A stretch of 54,625 nucleotides of DNA. It comes from Verrucomicrobiota bacterium. Lineage in GTDB: Bacteria > Verrucomicrobiota > Verrucomicrobiia > Limisphaerales > UBA9464. The notes beneath the pieces are model-generated. The model did not search any database and was not told where the DNA came from. It was given only the letters and a program-made list of their open reading frames with translations. The stretch is from positions 1 to 54,625 of the forward strand of contig JAYUSF010000108.1 in the NCBI GenBank assembly GCA_043755815.1, given 5' to 3'. The translations under genes and the position numbers were made by a program. Below, in pieces: positions 7,070 to 17,100 of the stretch (its first letter is position 1; each line of letters starts with the position of its first letter).

Positions 7070-8541
7070 GCGTCGCGCAGGATTTCCTTCACCACGCGGC
7101 AGGGTTTGCCGTCGGTGAGATGCTGGCTCTGGCCGTTCTGGAAGTAGGCCAGCTCCGCGTGATCCAGGCCGAACAGGTGCAGCAGCGTGGCGTGGTAGTC
7201 GTTCGGGCTGACGGGATTCACGACCGCCTTGTGGCCGAACTCGTCCGTCTCGCCGTAGGTCATGCCGCCCTTGAAGCCGCCGCCCGCCACCCAGCTCGTG
7301 AAGCCCTGGCCGTTGTGGTCGCGCCCCGCCTTCTCCGCGGCGCCGTGATTCTCCGTCACCGGCAGGCGGCCGATTTCGCCGCCCCAATGCACGATCGTCG
7401 AGTCGAGCAGCCCGCGCGCCTTGAGGTCCTTCACCAGCGCGGTGGACGGCTGATCGGTCTTCCGGCAGCACGTCGCGAGGTTGCTTTTGATGCCCTCATG
7501 ATTGTCCCAGATCTGGCCGTTCACGAAGAGCTGCACGAACCGCACGCCGCGTTCCACCAACCGGCGCGCGATCAGGCAGCGCGCGCCGTATTCGCGCGTC
7601 TCGTCGCGGTCGAGGCCGTAGAGCTTCTTCGTGGCCTCGCTTTCGCCGGAGATGTCCAGCGCCTCCTTGGCGGCGGTCTGCATGCGCGCGGCGAGTTCGT
7701 AGCTGGCAATGCGCGCTTCCAGATCCGCTTCGCCCGGGTGCCGCGCGAGGTGCTCCTGATTCAGGCGGGCAAGGAAGGCCAGGTTCTGTTCCTGCAACGT
7801 GCCTTTCAGGTGCGGCGGCGGATCAAGGTTCAGGATACGCGGCTCCGCCGAGCGGACGACCGTGCCCTGGAACAGCGGCGGCATGAAGCCGTTCGACCAA
7901 TTCCGCACGCCGTCCACCGGATGCCCGCCCGGATCGGTGAGCACCACGTAGGCGGGCAGGCTCTGGCTTTCGGAGCCGAGTCCGTAGGTCAGCCATGAGC
8001 CGAGTGCGGGGCGCCCCGGCTGCGCGCGGCCGGTGTTCATGAACCAGATGGACGGCTCGTGCCCGTTGATGTCCGTGTGCATCGAGCGGATCACCGTCAC
8101 GTCATCCACGATGCTGGCGAAGTGCGGCAGCAGCTCCGAAACGGGCGTGCCGCACTGGCCGTGCTGGCGGAATTCCCACGGGCTGCCGAACAGCTTCTTG
8201 CTCGCCCGATCCACGAAGCTGAACGTGATCTCGCCCGCGTAATCCTGCCCGCTGCGTTTGGTGAGCTCCGGCTTCGGGTCGAAGAGGTCGATGTGACTCG
8301 GCCCGCCGTGCATGAAGAGCGAGATCATCGCCCGCGCCCGTGGCGTCCGCGACGGCTGCTTCTGCTTCAGGTCAAAGGACTGCGGGTTGCGCGGCACGTT
8401 GGCCGGCGTGGCGAGCAGGCGTTCCTCCCGCAACATCCACGCGAGGGCCACGCTGCCGACGCCCATCGCATTGCGCGCAAGGAAGCGGCGGCGGGAGAGG
8501 ATTCCCGGCTCAGCGAACGGCAGCGGCGGAAACGGATTCAT
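7066..8541 (-). CDS. DUF1501 family protein (sulfatase-like fold, Tat-like signal)
   Basis: SRRRFL signal, RAMISLFMHGGPSHIDLFDPKP, GSWLTYGLGSESQSLPAYVVL, ARRLVERGVRFVQL, WGGEIGRLP, GRDHN, GETDEFG. Confidence 0.93.
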   Translation of the reverse strand: MNPFPPLPFAEPGILSRRRFLARNAMGVGSVALAWMLREERLLATPANVPRNPQSFDLKQKQPSRTPRARAMISLFMHGGPSHIDLFDPKPELTKRSGQDYAGEITFSFVDRASKKLFGSPWEFRQHGQCGTPVSELLPHFASIVDDVTVIRSMHTDINGHEPSIWFMNTGRAQPGRPALGSWLTYGLGSESQSLPAYVVLTDPGGHPVDGVRNWSNGFMPPLFQGTVVRSAEPRILNLDPPPHLKGTLQEQNLAFLARLNQEHLARHPGEADLEARIASYELAARMQTAAKEALDISGESEATKKLYGLDRDETREYGARCLIARRLVERGVRFVQLFVNGQIWDNHEGIKSNLATCCRKTDQPSTALVKDLKARGLLDSTIVHWGGEIGRLPVTENHGAAEKAGRDHNGQGFTSWVAGGGFKGGMTYGETDEFGHKAVVNPVSPNDYHATLLHLFGLDHAELAYFQNGQSQHLTDGKPCRVVKEILRDA

Positions 8542-8722
8542 GGGACGATACGGGTAGGATGGACGCGCCGGGGCGGAAGGGGAATTCAAGAATCGGCAGA
8601 CTCACTTTAGGGATCGACACCCCCCAGTCGCCAATCCAACAAACCCTACGGGGAGTTTTGTCTGGCCGTGCACAATACCTCAGCTTGCTCGGGACACTCA
8701 CGCCCCATAGCGTCCAACCGCA

Positions 8723-9718
8723 ATGGCCAGTGCCGCACAACTCAAGGCTCTTTTTCAAAGCCACGCCGACGGCGATGACTCACGGTTCTTTGCGGTAGGG
8801 CTGCAACTCGCGGCCGCAGAGGCGCGTAAGGGGCACCCTGAGTTGGCGAAAGACCTCCGCAACATTGTCGAGAAGGGCCGCAAACACGAGGCCCAACACC
8901 CGGCGCATGAGGGTCTCCTACATATCGCACAGCCTCACGGCGAAGTGGCGGATTTACTCCAACTGCGCCAACCGGCGGCGCGACTCTCCGACCTCATTCT
9001 GGACGAAGCTGCCTCCACGCACGTCCGGCGCGTGCTCCACGAACAACGGCACCTAGACAAGTTGAAGTCCCACGGCTTGCGCCCGCGGCAGACATTGCTG
9101 CTCACTGGCCCACCGGGTTGCGGTAAGACACTTACGGCGTCGGCCATCGCCGGGGAACTGGGCCTACCGCTTTTCATCGTCCGGCTGGAAAGCCTGATGA
9201 CACGCTATTTAGGCGAAACCGCCTCAAAACTCCGACTGATATTTGAGGCGGTGGAAAAAACTCGCGCAGTATACCTGTTCGATGAGTTCGACTCCATCGG
9301 CATCGCGCGCGGTTCGGAAAACGATGTGGGCGAGATGCGACGTGTGTTGAACAGTTTCCTTGTTTTCGTTGAGAATCATCGAGGCAACAGCGTAATCGTC
9401 GCTGCCACCAATCACGGCCATTTACTCGACCGCGCGCTCTATCGCCGCTTCGACGACCTCATCGAGCTTGGCTTACCCGGCATCGAGTTGGCCGAGCGCA
9501 CGCTACGTGAGCGCCTAGCGGGACAAAAAACCCAGCGTCTCGACTACCCGAAACTCGCGTTGGCTGCTGAAGGGCTGAGCTTTGCGGAAATCACCCGAGT
9601 TTGTGAGGAGTCCATCAAGGATATGCTACTCCACGACAAGAAAAGTCTTACGACCAACAACGTGTTGCAGGTCATCAGTGAGCGACGGCTGTTCCTCGAC
9701 CGGCGAAATACGCAGTAA
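8723..9718 (+). CDS. ietA: AAA+ ATPase, IetA type
   Basis: MASAAQLKALFQSH N-terminus, Walker A GPPGCGKT, Walker B LFDEFDSI, DVGEMRRVLNSFL, AATNH..LLDRALYRRFD; directly upstream of an S8 peptidase. Confidence 0.88.
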   Translation: MASAAQLKALFQSHADGDDSRFFAVGLQLAAAEARKGHPELAKDLRNIVEKGRKHEAQHPAHEGLLHIAQPHGEVADLLQLRQPAARLSDLILDEAASTHVRRVLHEQRHLDKLKSHGLRPRQTLLLTGPPGCGKTLTASAIAGELGLPLFIVRLESLMTRYLGETASKLRLIFEAVEKTRAVYLFDEFDSIGIARGSENDVGEMRRVLNSFLVFVENHRGNSVIVAATNHGHLLDRALYRRFDDLIELGLPGIELAERTLRERLAGQKTQRLDYPKLALAAEGLSFAEITRVCEESIKDMLLHDKKSLTTNNVLQVISERRLFLDRRNTQ

Positions 9719-9723
9719 CGCAC

Positions 9724-12300
9724 ATGCCCGGTGAAGCACCAGTAGCGCTACGCCATCTCGACTATTCAGGAAGGGCGAAGCAACAGCCCTACAAGGCAAA
9801 GAGCATAGGGCGTGGCGACGATTTCCCGTTGGTTCCTCGGCAGCGCGCTGCCCACGCCGCGAAGTTACGCGGCGACTTGCGAGCAGCGCAGTTGGAATCC
9901 GAAAGATTGAAGGTTTTGCAAGAGCTTGTGCCCTACGCGGAAGATGTTGGCATCAACTTGGAAATTCGCGGCAAGCCGAGCTTTCCGCTTTCCCTTGAGC
10001 CTTTCGACGCCGCGCCAAAGTCCGGCGTAGCTTTGAAGAACGTGCGCCAGGAAACGGTGACGCACAGCGACGGCACCGTGGAGGTGACGACTATCGCCAC
10101 CGTGTTCGTCCGTCACGGCAAGCTCACGTTCCTGGCGAAACGCATTGAGGATTACGTGAACGAGCGCCAGACCATCATCCAGAAGGGCAAGCGCGCCGGT
10201 CAGGTGATGAAATTGGACAACGAACCGCTCATCGCGAACATCGAGTCCATCGGCATCGCCGCCATCGAAGCCTTTTGGACTTCGCGCCATCCGCTACCGG
10301 ACATGGATGTGCAGACGTGGTGGGAAATGTGGGTGCGTGTTGGCTCCGAAGCGGAGCGGGCACGCCACGAAAGCGCGGTGATTGCAGAAGCGCAACGGCT
10401 CGGAATGCAACGCAGGCAAGAGTGGCTCGCGCTGCGGGAGCACACCGTCTTTCTTGTCAGAACCTCGCGCCGGGTGCTCGCGTCTGCGACCGTATTGCTC
10501 AATTTCGTGAGTGAGTTGCGCCATCCGGCGCTCACGGCTCAGTTCTTCATTGAGCAGACGCCGAGGGAGCAGCAGCGATGGGCGGCAGATTTGCTATCGC
10601 GCGTCCAGCTCCCGCAAGCCGATGCCCCTGCGGTGTGCGTGCTTGATACCGGAGTAAATCGCGGCCATCCGCTCCTCGCGAATCTCCTCGCCGAAAGCGA
10701 CCACGACACCGTGCGCGACGAATGGGGCAAGGACGACCATCACCCAACCGGTCACGGCACGCCGATGGCTGGCCTCGCCGCGTATGGAGACCTGACGTCA
10801 GTGCTGGAAAGCACGGACCCAGTGCCGCTTTCCCATCACATCGAGTCGGTGAAAATCCTGCCGCGTGTGGGCGTGAATGAGCCGGAGCACTACGGGCCAA
10901 TCACACTGGCTGCGATGGCGAAGGCTGAGTTTAACGCGCCGCAACGGGAGCGTGTCTTTGCCCTCGCCGCAACCGCGAGCGATGCGAAGGAGTTCACGGA
11001 AAACGGCAGGCCGAGCGCATGGTCTTCGGCGCTCGACAGCCATGCGTCGGGAGCGATGGAAGAGGATGAAAAGAAACGCCTCGTCTGCGTCAGCGCCGGA
11101 AATACGTGGCTCGAAGTCAGTGCGCAGTATCCCGATCTGAACAAGCTCACGGCATTCGGCGATCCGGCCCAATCATGGAACGCCATCACCGTGGGGGCCT
11201 TCACTGATAAGGACGTTGCCACCGACGAAGACGGCGACCTCCTACCCGATGCCGTTTGCATAGCCAAACGCGGCGGACTTTCACCCTACAGCGCAACTAC
11301 CTGCCTGTGGACTTCCGCTGAGTCGCGACAGTGGCCGCTCAAACCCGACGTGGTTTTCGAGGGTGGAAACATGGCTGCCGACGCTGCCGGAAACCTCACC
11401 GAACACGACAGCCTACGTCTGCTCTCAACCAACTCGAATTTTCAAATGCGGCCATATGCGCCGCTCTGGGCCACCAGCGCGGCGACCGCTCTTGCCGCAA
11501 GAATGGCCGCGCAGATCCAAGCGAGCTATCCACACTTCTTGCCTGAGACGGTGCGGGCACTGATGATTCACTCTGCCGACTGGACGGACGAAATGAAGCG
11601 CGGTGCGCAGATGCACATCAAAGGAGACGTGGAGCATGTCATCCATCGATTTGGACATGGAGTTCCGGACCTCGCCCGCGCACTGGCATCCGCCCGCAGC
11701 CGCGCAACGCTTATTTGCCAAGATTCGCTCCAACCATTCGAGAAGACGAAGGACGGAATCAAGACGCGGGACATGATGCTCTATCGGCTTCCGTGGCCGA
11801 AAGATTTGCTCCAATCGCACGGGGCCACCGAGGTCAGGTTGCGCGTGACGCTTTCCTATTTCATCGAGCCCAATCCCGGCGCGCGCATGGTCACATCAAA
11901 GTATCGCTACGCGGGCTGCAACCTTCGCTTCGCGACGCAAACGCCGACCGACAAATCGCTAAAGAACTTCATCGCGCGTGTATCGGACGCAATTTCGATA
12001 GAAGACAAGGAAGCCTACGAGTCCCCTGGCGATGCCAGCGATGGCTGGGTGCTTGGTGACAAGCTACGCCGACGCGGCTCGATTCACTCCGACACTTGGA
12101 GCGGCACGGCGGCGCAACTCGCAGCGATGGAGCATCTCATCGTTTTTCCGGTGAACGGCTGGTGGCGACTCCGGAAGCAACACCAACGATACAACCAACG
12201 CATCCGCTATTCTCTTGTCGTGACGCTGGAGACGTTTGGTTTAGCTCCCGAGATCTACACTCCAATCCGATTGGCGGTGGAACAGCTCCTTAGTGTGTAG
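9724..12300 (+). CDS. ietS: S8 subtilisin-like serine protease, IetS type
   Basis: Catalytic motifs VLDTGVNRGHP (Asp), HGTPMAG (His), WATSAATA (Ser); SAGN oxyanion motif; C-terminal LRVTLSYFIEPNP...RGSIHSDTW...YSLVVTL. Confidence 0.88.
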   Translation: MPGEAPVALRHLDYSGRAKQQPYKAKSIGRGDDFPLVPRQRAAHAAKLRGDLRAAQLESERLKVLQELVPYAEDVGINLEIRGKPSFPLSLEPFDAAPKSGVALKNVRQETVTHSDGTVEVTTIATVFVRHGKLTFLAKRIEDYVNERQTIIQKGKRAGQVMKLDNEPLIANIESIGIAAIEAFWTSRHPLPDMDVQTWWEMWVRVGSEAERARHESAVIAEAQRLGMQRRQEWLALREHTVFLVRTSRRVLASATVLLNFVSELRHPALTAQFFIEQTPREQQRWAADLLSRVQLPQADAPAVCVLDTGVNRGHPLLANLLAESDHDTVRDEWGKDDHHPTGHGTPMAGLAAYGDLTSVLESTDPVPLSHHIESVKILPRVGVNEPEHYGPITLAAMAKAEFNAPQRERVFALAATASDAKEFTENGRPSAWSSALDSHASGAMEEDEKKRLVCVSAGNTWLEVSAQYPDLNKLTAFGDPAQSWNAITVGAFTDKDVATDEDGDLLPDAVCIAKRGGLSPYSATTCLWTSAESRQWPLKPDVVFEGGNMAADAAGNLTEHDSLRLLSTNSNFQMRPYAPLWATSAATALAARMAAQIQASYPHFLPETVRALMIHSADWTDEMKRGAQMHIKGDVEHVIHRFGHGVPDLARALASARSRATLICQDSLQPFEKTKDGIKTRDMMLYRLPWPKDLLQSHGATEVRLRVTLSYFIEPNPGARMVTSKYRYAGCNLRFATQTPTDKSLKNFIARVSDAISIEDKEAYESPGDASDGWVLGDKLRRRGSIHSDTWSGTAAQLAAMEHLIVFPVNGWWRLRKQHQRYNQRIRYSLVVTLETFGLAPEIYTPIRLAVEQLLSV

Positions 12301-12395
12301 CTTTTTTTCCATCTCTCTCGCCGCTTGAGAGTTCTTTCGCTTCAGCGTGCGTCTCAGACTCCTACTTGGAGGGCGAAGAACGTCCAAGCTCCGTT

Positions 12396-13901
12396 TCACG
12401 CCAACATCTGCCGGATCACTTCGCCATGCACGTCGGTGAGGCGGCGGTTCGCGCCGTTGTGGCGGAAGGTCAGGCGTTCGTGATCGAGGCCGAGCAGGTG
12501 CAGCACGGTGGCGTGGAAGTCGTAGTTGGTGGTCACGTCGCGCGCGGCTTTCCAGGACCATTCATCGCTTTCGCCGTAGGCCACGCCGGGCTTCACGCCG
12601 GCACCGGCCATCCAGCCCACGAACGTGCCGCCGTTGTGGTCGCGGCCCTCGCTGCTCTGCGCGAAGGGCATCCGGCCGAACTCGGTGTTCCACAGCACCA
12701 GCGTGTCATCGAGCAGGCCGCGCGCCTTGAGGTCGCGCAGCAAGGCGGCCACAGGCTGGTCGGTGGCGGCGCACATGGGCGGGAGTTCCTTCTGGATGTT
12801 GGCGTGGTTGTCCCAGTTGTTGGTTGGCCCACCCGCACCGCTCCACACCTGCACGAAGCGCACGCCGCGTTCCACCAACCGGCGCGCGAGCAGGCAGCGC
12901 CGACCGAAGTCCTCGGTGGTCTTGTGCTCGAGGCCGTAGAGCCGGCGCGTGGCTTCGGTCTCGCCGTCGAGCGCGAAGACCTCGGGTGCGCTGAGCTGCA
13001 TCCGGGCCGCGAGTTCGTAGGCCTGGATGCGGGCTTCGAGGCGTGAGTCGGCGGGATTCTCGGCGAGGTGCTGGCGGTTCAGCTTCTGCAGCAGCGCGAG
13101 TCCGTCGCGGTCAGCCTCGGGTGTGATGTAGCGGGCAGAAGCGGGTGCGCGGAGGTCGTTAAAGACGAAGCTGGAGGCTTCAACGGGCGAGACGCCAGTT
13201 GCACCGGCGGCAGGCGGGGCGCCTGTCCCACTGCGCGACTGGATGACGGTGCCCTGATGCGTCACCGGCAGGAATCCGGAGCTGAAGTTGCCCTTCTGGT
13301 TGTAGGGCAGACCCTTCGTGTCGGGCAGCACGACGAACGCCGGCAGGTTGTCGCTTTCGCTGCCCAGCGCGTAGCTGACCCACGCGCCGAAGCACGGGAA
13401 GCCGGGCAGCAGGAAGCCCGTGTTCATCAGGTAACTGCCGGGGCCGTGGACGTTCGTGCGCGACTGCATCGCCATGAAGAACGCGAGGTCATCCACGCCG
13501 CCGGCGAGGTGCGGCAGCAGGCTGCTCACCCAGCGCCCGGACTGGCCGTGCTGGCGGAATTCGAAGGGCGGCCTGAGCACCTTGCCCGGTTCGCTGGTGG
13601 GCGCCTCGACGCGGTCGCCGTTGCCCGGATCGAACGACTCGCCGGCGCGCTTGAACAGCGCGGGCTTGTAGTCGAACAGGTCCATCTGGCTCGCCCCGCC
13701 GTTCATGAAGAGCTGGATGACACGCTTGGCGCGGGGAGCGTGATGGGGAAGGAGGATTTGGGATTTCCGATTTCCGATTTCCGATTGGCCGGCAAGCAGG
13801 TGGTCGGCGCCGAGCAACTGGGCCAGCGCTGCCCCGCCGAGTCCGCCGCCGAGGCGGCCGAGGAACTCGCGGCGGGACGCAAATGGGTGCTGGCGATTCA
13901 C
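12396..13901 (-). CDS. DUF1501 family protein
   Basis: GTG start at 13901 (VNRQHPFASRREFL); RAKRVIQLFMNGGASQMDLFDYKP, ARRLVERGVRFVQV, TEFGRMP, GRDHN, LTDVHG; carries two short in-frame repeat insertions. Confidence 0.92.
   Translation of the reverse strand: MNRQHPFASRREFLGRLGGGLGGAALAQLLGADHLLAGQSEIGNRKSQILLPHHAPRAKRVIQLFMNGGASQMDLFDYKPALFKRAGESFDPGNGDRVEAPTSEPGKVLRPPFEFRQHGQSGRWVSSLLPHLAGGVDDLAFFMAMQSRTNVHGPGSYLMNTGFLLPGFPCFGAWVSYALGSESDNLPAFVVLPDTKGLPYNQKGNFSSGFLPVTHQGTVIQSRSGTGAPPAAGATGVSPVEASSFVFNDLRAPASARYITPEADRDGLALLQKLNRQHLAENPADSRLEARIQAYELAARMQLSAPEVFALDGETEATRRLYGLEHKTTEDFGRRCLLARRLVERGVRFVQVWSGAGGPTNNWDNHANIQKELPPMCAATDQPVAALLRDLKARGLLDDTLVLWNTEFGRMPFAQSSEGRDHNGGTFVGWMAGAGVKPGVAYGESDEWSWKAARDVTTNYDFHATVLHLLGLDHERLTFRHNGANRRLTDVHGEVIRQMLA
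13181..13232. repeat. Two tandem REP-like hairpins in frame inside DUF1501 gene
   Basis: caacgggcgagacgccagttgcacc and gcaggcggggcgcctgtcccact; translated SGTGAPPAAGATGVSPVE, absent from the three other DUF1501 paralogs. Confidence 0.75.
13755..13789. repeat. Heptamer tandem repeat (GATTTCC)n in frame
   Basis: gatttgg gatttcc gatttcc gatttcc gattggc; translated QSEIGNRKSQI just after the Tat-like signal. Confidence 0.85.
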
Positions 13902-14143
13902 GGGGAGGGGGGCGGTTCGGCGGCACTCAAACACGCGCGCGGTCGTCACGCCAGCGCGCGTTGCGGATTCGGCGTTTCGTGAAACTGCCGCGCCGTGTCC
14001 GGCTTCCTTTGCCCCACGGCCGCCCATTCTCGGCCTGCGCTCAGCGGCGCTCAATTCCGGCGCGGGCCAAAGACGTGCTTGCCTGCGAAAAACCGGCAGT
14101 GTGACGCTCCGTGACAATGCCCGCCGGAGAAACCGCACCCTTC

Positions 14144-17100
14144 ATGAGATTTCGGAGCGCGACCTTCCTCGCCATCCTGCTGGGTGTCGCGGGAGACCTG
14201 AGTTTGCGGGCGGCGGAACCGTCCGGACCTGACTTCAACCGCGAGGTCCGCCCCATCCTCTCGCAGAACTGTTTCAAATGCCACGGGCCGGATGACGCGG
14301 CGCGGAAGGCCAAACTGCGCCTCGACGTGCGCACCGACGCCGTCGGCCCCGCGAAATCGGGGGCCGTCGCGATTGTGCCCGGCCGCCCTGCAGAGAGTGA
14401 GTTGGTAAAGCGGATCTTCACCGCCGACGCGGATGAGGTGATGCCGCCGCCGAACACGAAGCACGAGCTTTCGGCGGCGCAGAAGGAAACCCTGCGCCAG
14501 TGGATCGCCGCGGGCGCGGAATACAAACCGCATTGGGCCTTCGTGCCGCCGCGAGCGTCCGAGCCGCCGGCGGTGGCCGATGCCGCCTGGCCCCGCAATG
14601 GCATCGACCACTTCGTCCGCGCCCGGCTGGCGCGGGAAGGTCTCGAACCTTCGCCTGCCGCCGACCCCTACACGCTGGTGCGGCGGGTTTACCTCGACCT
14701 GATCGGACTGCCGCCGACGCCCGAAGAGGCGGACGCGTTCGTCCATGACACGGAGGGCAAGGCCTACGAGAAGCTGGTGGATGAACTCCTGGCGTCCCCG
14801 CGCTACGGCGAGCGCTGGGGGCGGCGCTGGATGGACCTGGCCCGTTACGCCGACACGAACGGCTACGAGAAGGACCGCCAGCGCAGCATCTGGCCGTGGC
14901 GCGACTGGGTGATCCGTTCGCTCAATGCCGACCTGCCGTTCGATCAGTTCACGGTGGAGCAGCTCGCCGGCGACCTGCTGCCGAACGCAACGGTGGACCA
15001 GCGGGTGGCCACCGGATTCCACCGCAACACCATGCTGAATGAGGAAGGCGGAATCGATCCGCTGGAATTCCGCTTTCACGCGATGACCGACCGCGTGGGC
15101 ACGACGGGCACGACCTGGCTGGGACTCACGGTCGGCTGTGCCCAGTGCCACACGCACAAATACGATCCGATCACGCACCGGGAGTATTACCAGCTGATGG
15201 CGTTCCTCAACAACGCCGACGAACCCGATCTGGACCTGCCGGCGCCCGATGCGGCGGAGAAACGCCGCGCCGATCTCGCCAAGGCCGACCGGCTCCTGAC
15301 GGAGCTGCCCGGCAAGTTTCCGGTGGCGACGCCTGGCCGTTGGGAATCGCCGAAACCCGTCAGCGTCGAGTCCGCGAGCGGCGAGAAGCCGAAACTGTTG
15401 GACGACGGCTCGGCGCTTTTCGCCGGCCCGAGTCCCGACAAGGACAACTACACCTTCGTGCTGGAAACGGAGCTTGAGGGCGTGGACCGGCTGAGGCTCG
15501 AGGCGTTCACGGACGAGGCGCTGCCCAGCAAGGGCCCGGGACGGGTGAAGCACGGCAACTTCGTGCTGAGCGAAATCGTCGTGACGGCCGCGCCGCGGAA
15601 CGCCCCGGAGCAGACGCAGCCGGTTAAGATCGCCTCCGCGGTCGCGGACGTGGAGCAGTCGGGTCACCCGGTGCGCAACGCCTTTGACGGCAAGTCCGAC
15701 ACCGGCTGGGCCGTGGACGTCGGCCCGTCGGCGCTCAATGCAACGCACACGGCCACCTTCAGCTTCGAGCAGCCGGTTCACTTTGCCGGCGGGACCCGTT
15801 TCGTCATCCGGCTCGAGCAGCAGCAGGTTCCGCAACATCTCCTTGGCCGGCCGCGGCTCAGCCTGGGTGCGCCCGCGCCGGAGAGCCGCCCCCTGGAAGA
15901 GCGGCGGCGTGAACTCGTGGAACGGCGTTTCGCCGAATGGTTGGAAAAGGAACGCGCCCGGGCGGTTCGCTGGACGCCGCTGCGCCCGAAATCGGCCACG
16001 TCGAACTCGCCGTTGCTGACGGTCCAGCCGGATGACTCCGTGTTCGCGAGCGGGGACGTGACGAAGAGCGACACCTACGAGCTGGCGTTTCAGCCGCAGT
16101 CTCGCGGGATCACCGCGGTGCGCCTGGAAGCCCTGCCGGACGACCGCCTGCCGCGACACGGCCCCGGCATGGCCTATTACGAGGGACCCAAGGGCGACTT
16201 CTTCCTTGGCGAGTTTCAGCTCACGGCGGACGGCCAACCCGTGAAGGTCGTGAATCCGACCCAGAGCTTCGGGAAAAACAACTTTGGCGCCGATGCGACC
16301 GCGGCCTTCGCGGTGGACGGCGATCCGCAGACCGGCTGGTCCACTGCGGGGCGCGAAGGCCAGCGGCACGAAGCGGTCTTCTCCTTTGCCGAGCCGCTGA
16401 CGGGCGCCGGTGAACTGCGGCTGAAGATGCTCTTTGGCCGCCACTACGCCTGTTCCCTGGGCCGGTTCCGCATCTCCGTGACCACGCGTCCGGGCGGGGC
16501 CGAGGCTCGGGCGCTCTCGGAAGCGGCGGCGGCCCTGGTCCTGCTTCCCGAGGCGGAGCTGAACGCGGCCCAGCGGCAGATATTGCGCGAAGAGTTCCTG
16601 CTCACCACCCCGGAACTCGCCGAGGCGCGGAAGGAGATCTTCGCGTTGCGCGGACAGCCAAGCCCGCTGACCACCCTGGTGCTGCGTGAACGGCCGCCGG
16701 AAAATCCCCGGCCGACGTTCCTCCATCGCCGCGGCGAGTATCTGCAGCCGGCGGAGCGCGTGGACCCCGGGGTGATCTCGGCGGTGGCGCCGTTTCCGGA
16801 CGACCTGCCCCGCAACCGGCTCGGCCTGGCGCGGTGGCTGGTCTCATCCAACAACCCGCTCACCGCCCGCGTGACGGTGAACCGCCAGTGGCAGGCATTC
16901 TTTGCCCGCGGTCTGGTGCGGACCACGGAGGACTTTGGTTTCCAAGGCGAGGCACCGTCGCATCCGGAACTGCTCGACTGGCTGGCGGTGGAGTTCATGC
17001 GCGGCGGCTGGTCAATGAAGCGGCTGCACAAGCTCATCGTCATGAGCGCCACCTACCGGCAGTCGTCCCGGGTGACTCCGGAGATGCTGGCGCGGGACTC

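Noticed and set aside
7070-7471. 5' extension of the 1444-aa ORF
   Set aside because: Out-of-frame overlap with the DUF1501 gene; a shadow ORF upstream of the ATGA junction.
8590-12395. Transposon or integrative element carrying IetAS
   Set aside because: No transposase, integrase, convincing terminal repeats or target-site duplication found by eye.
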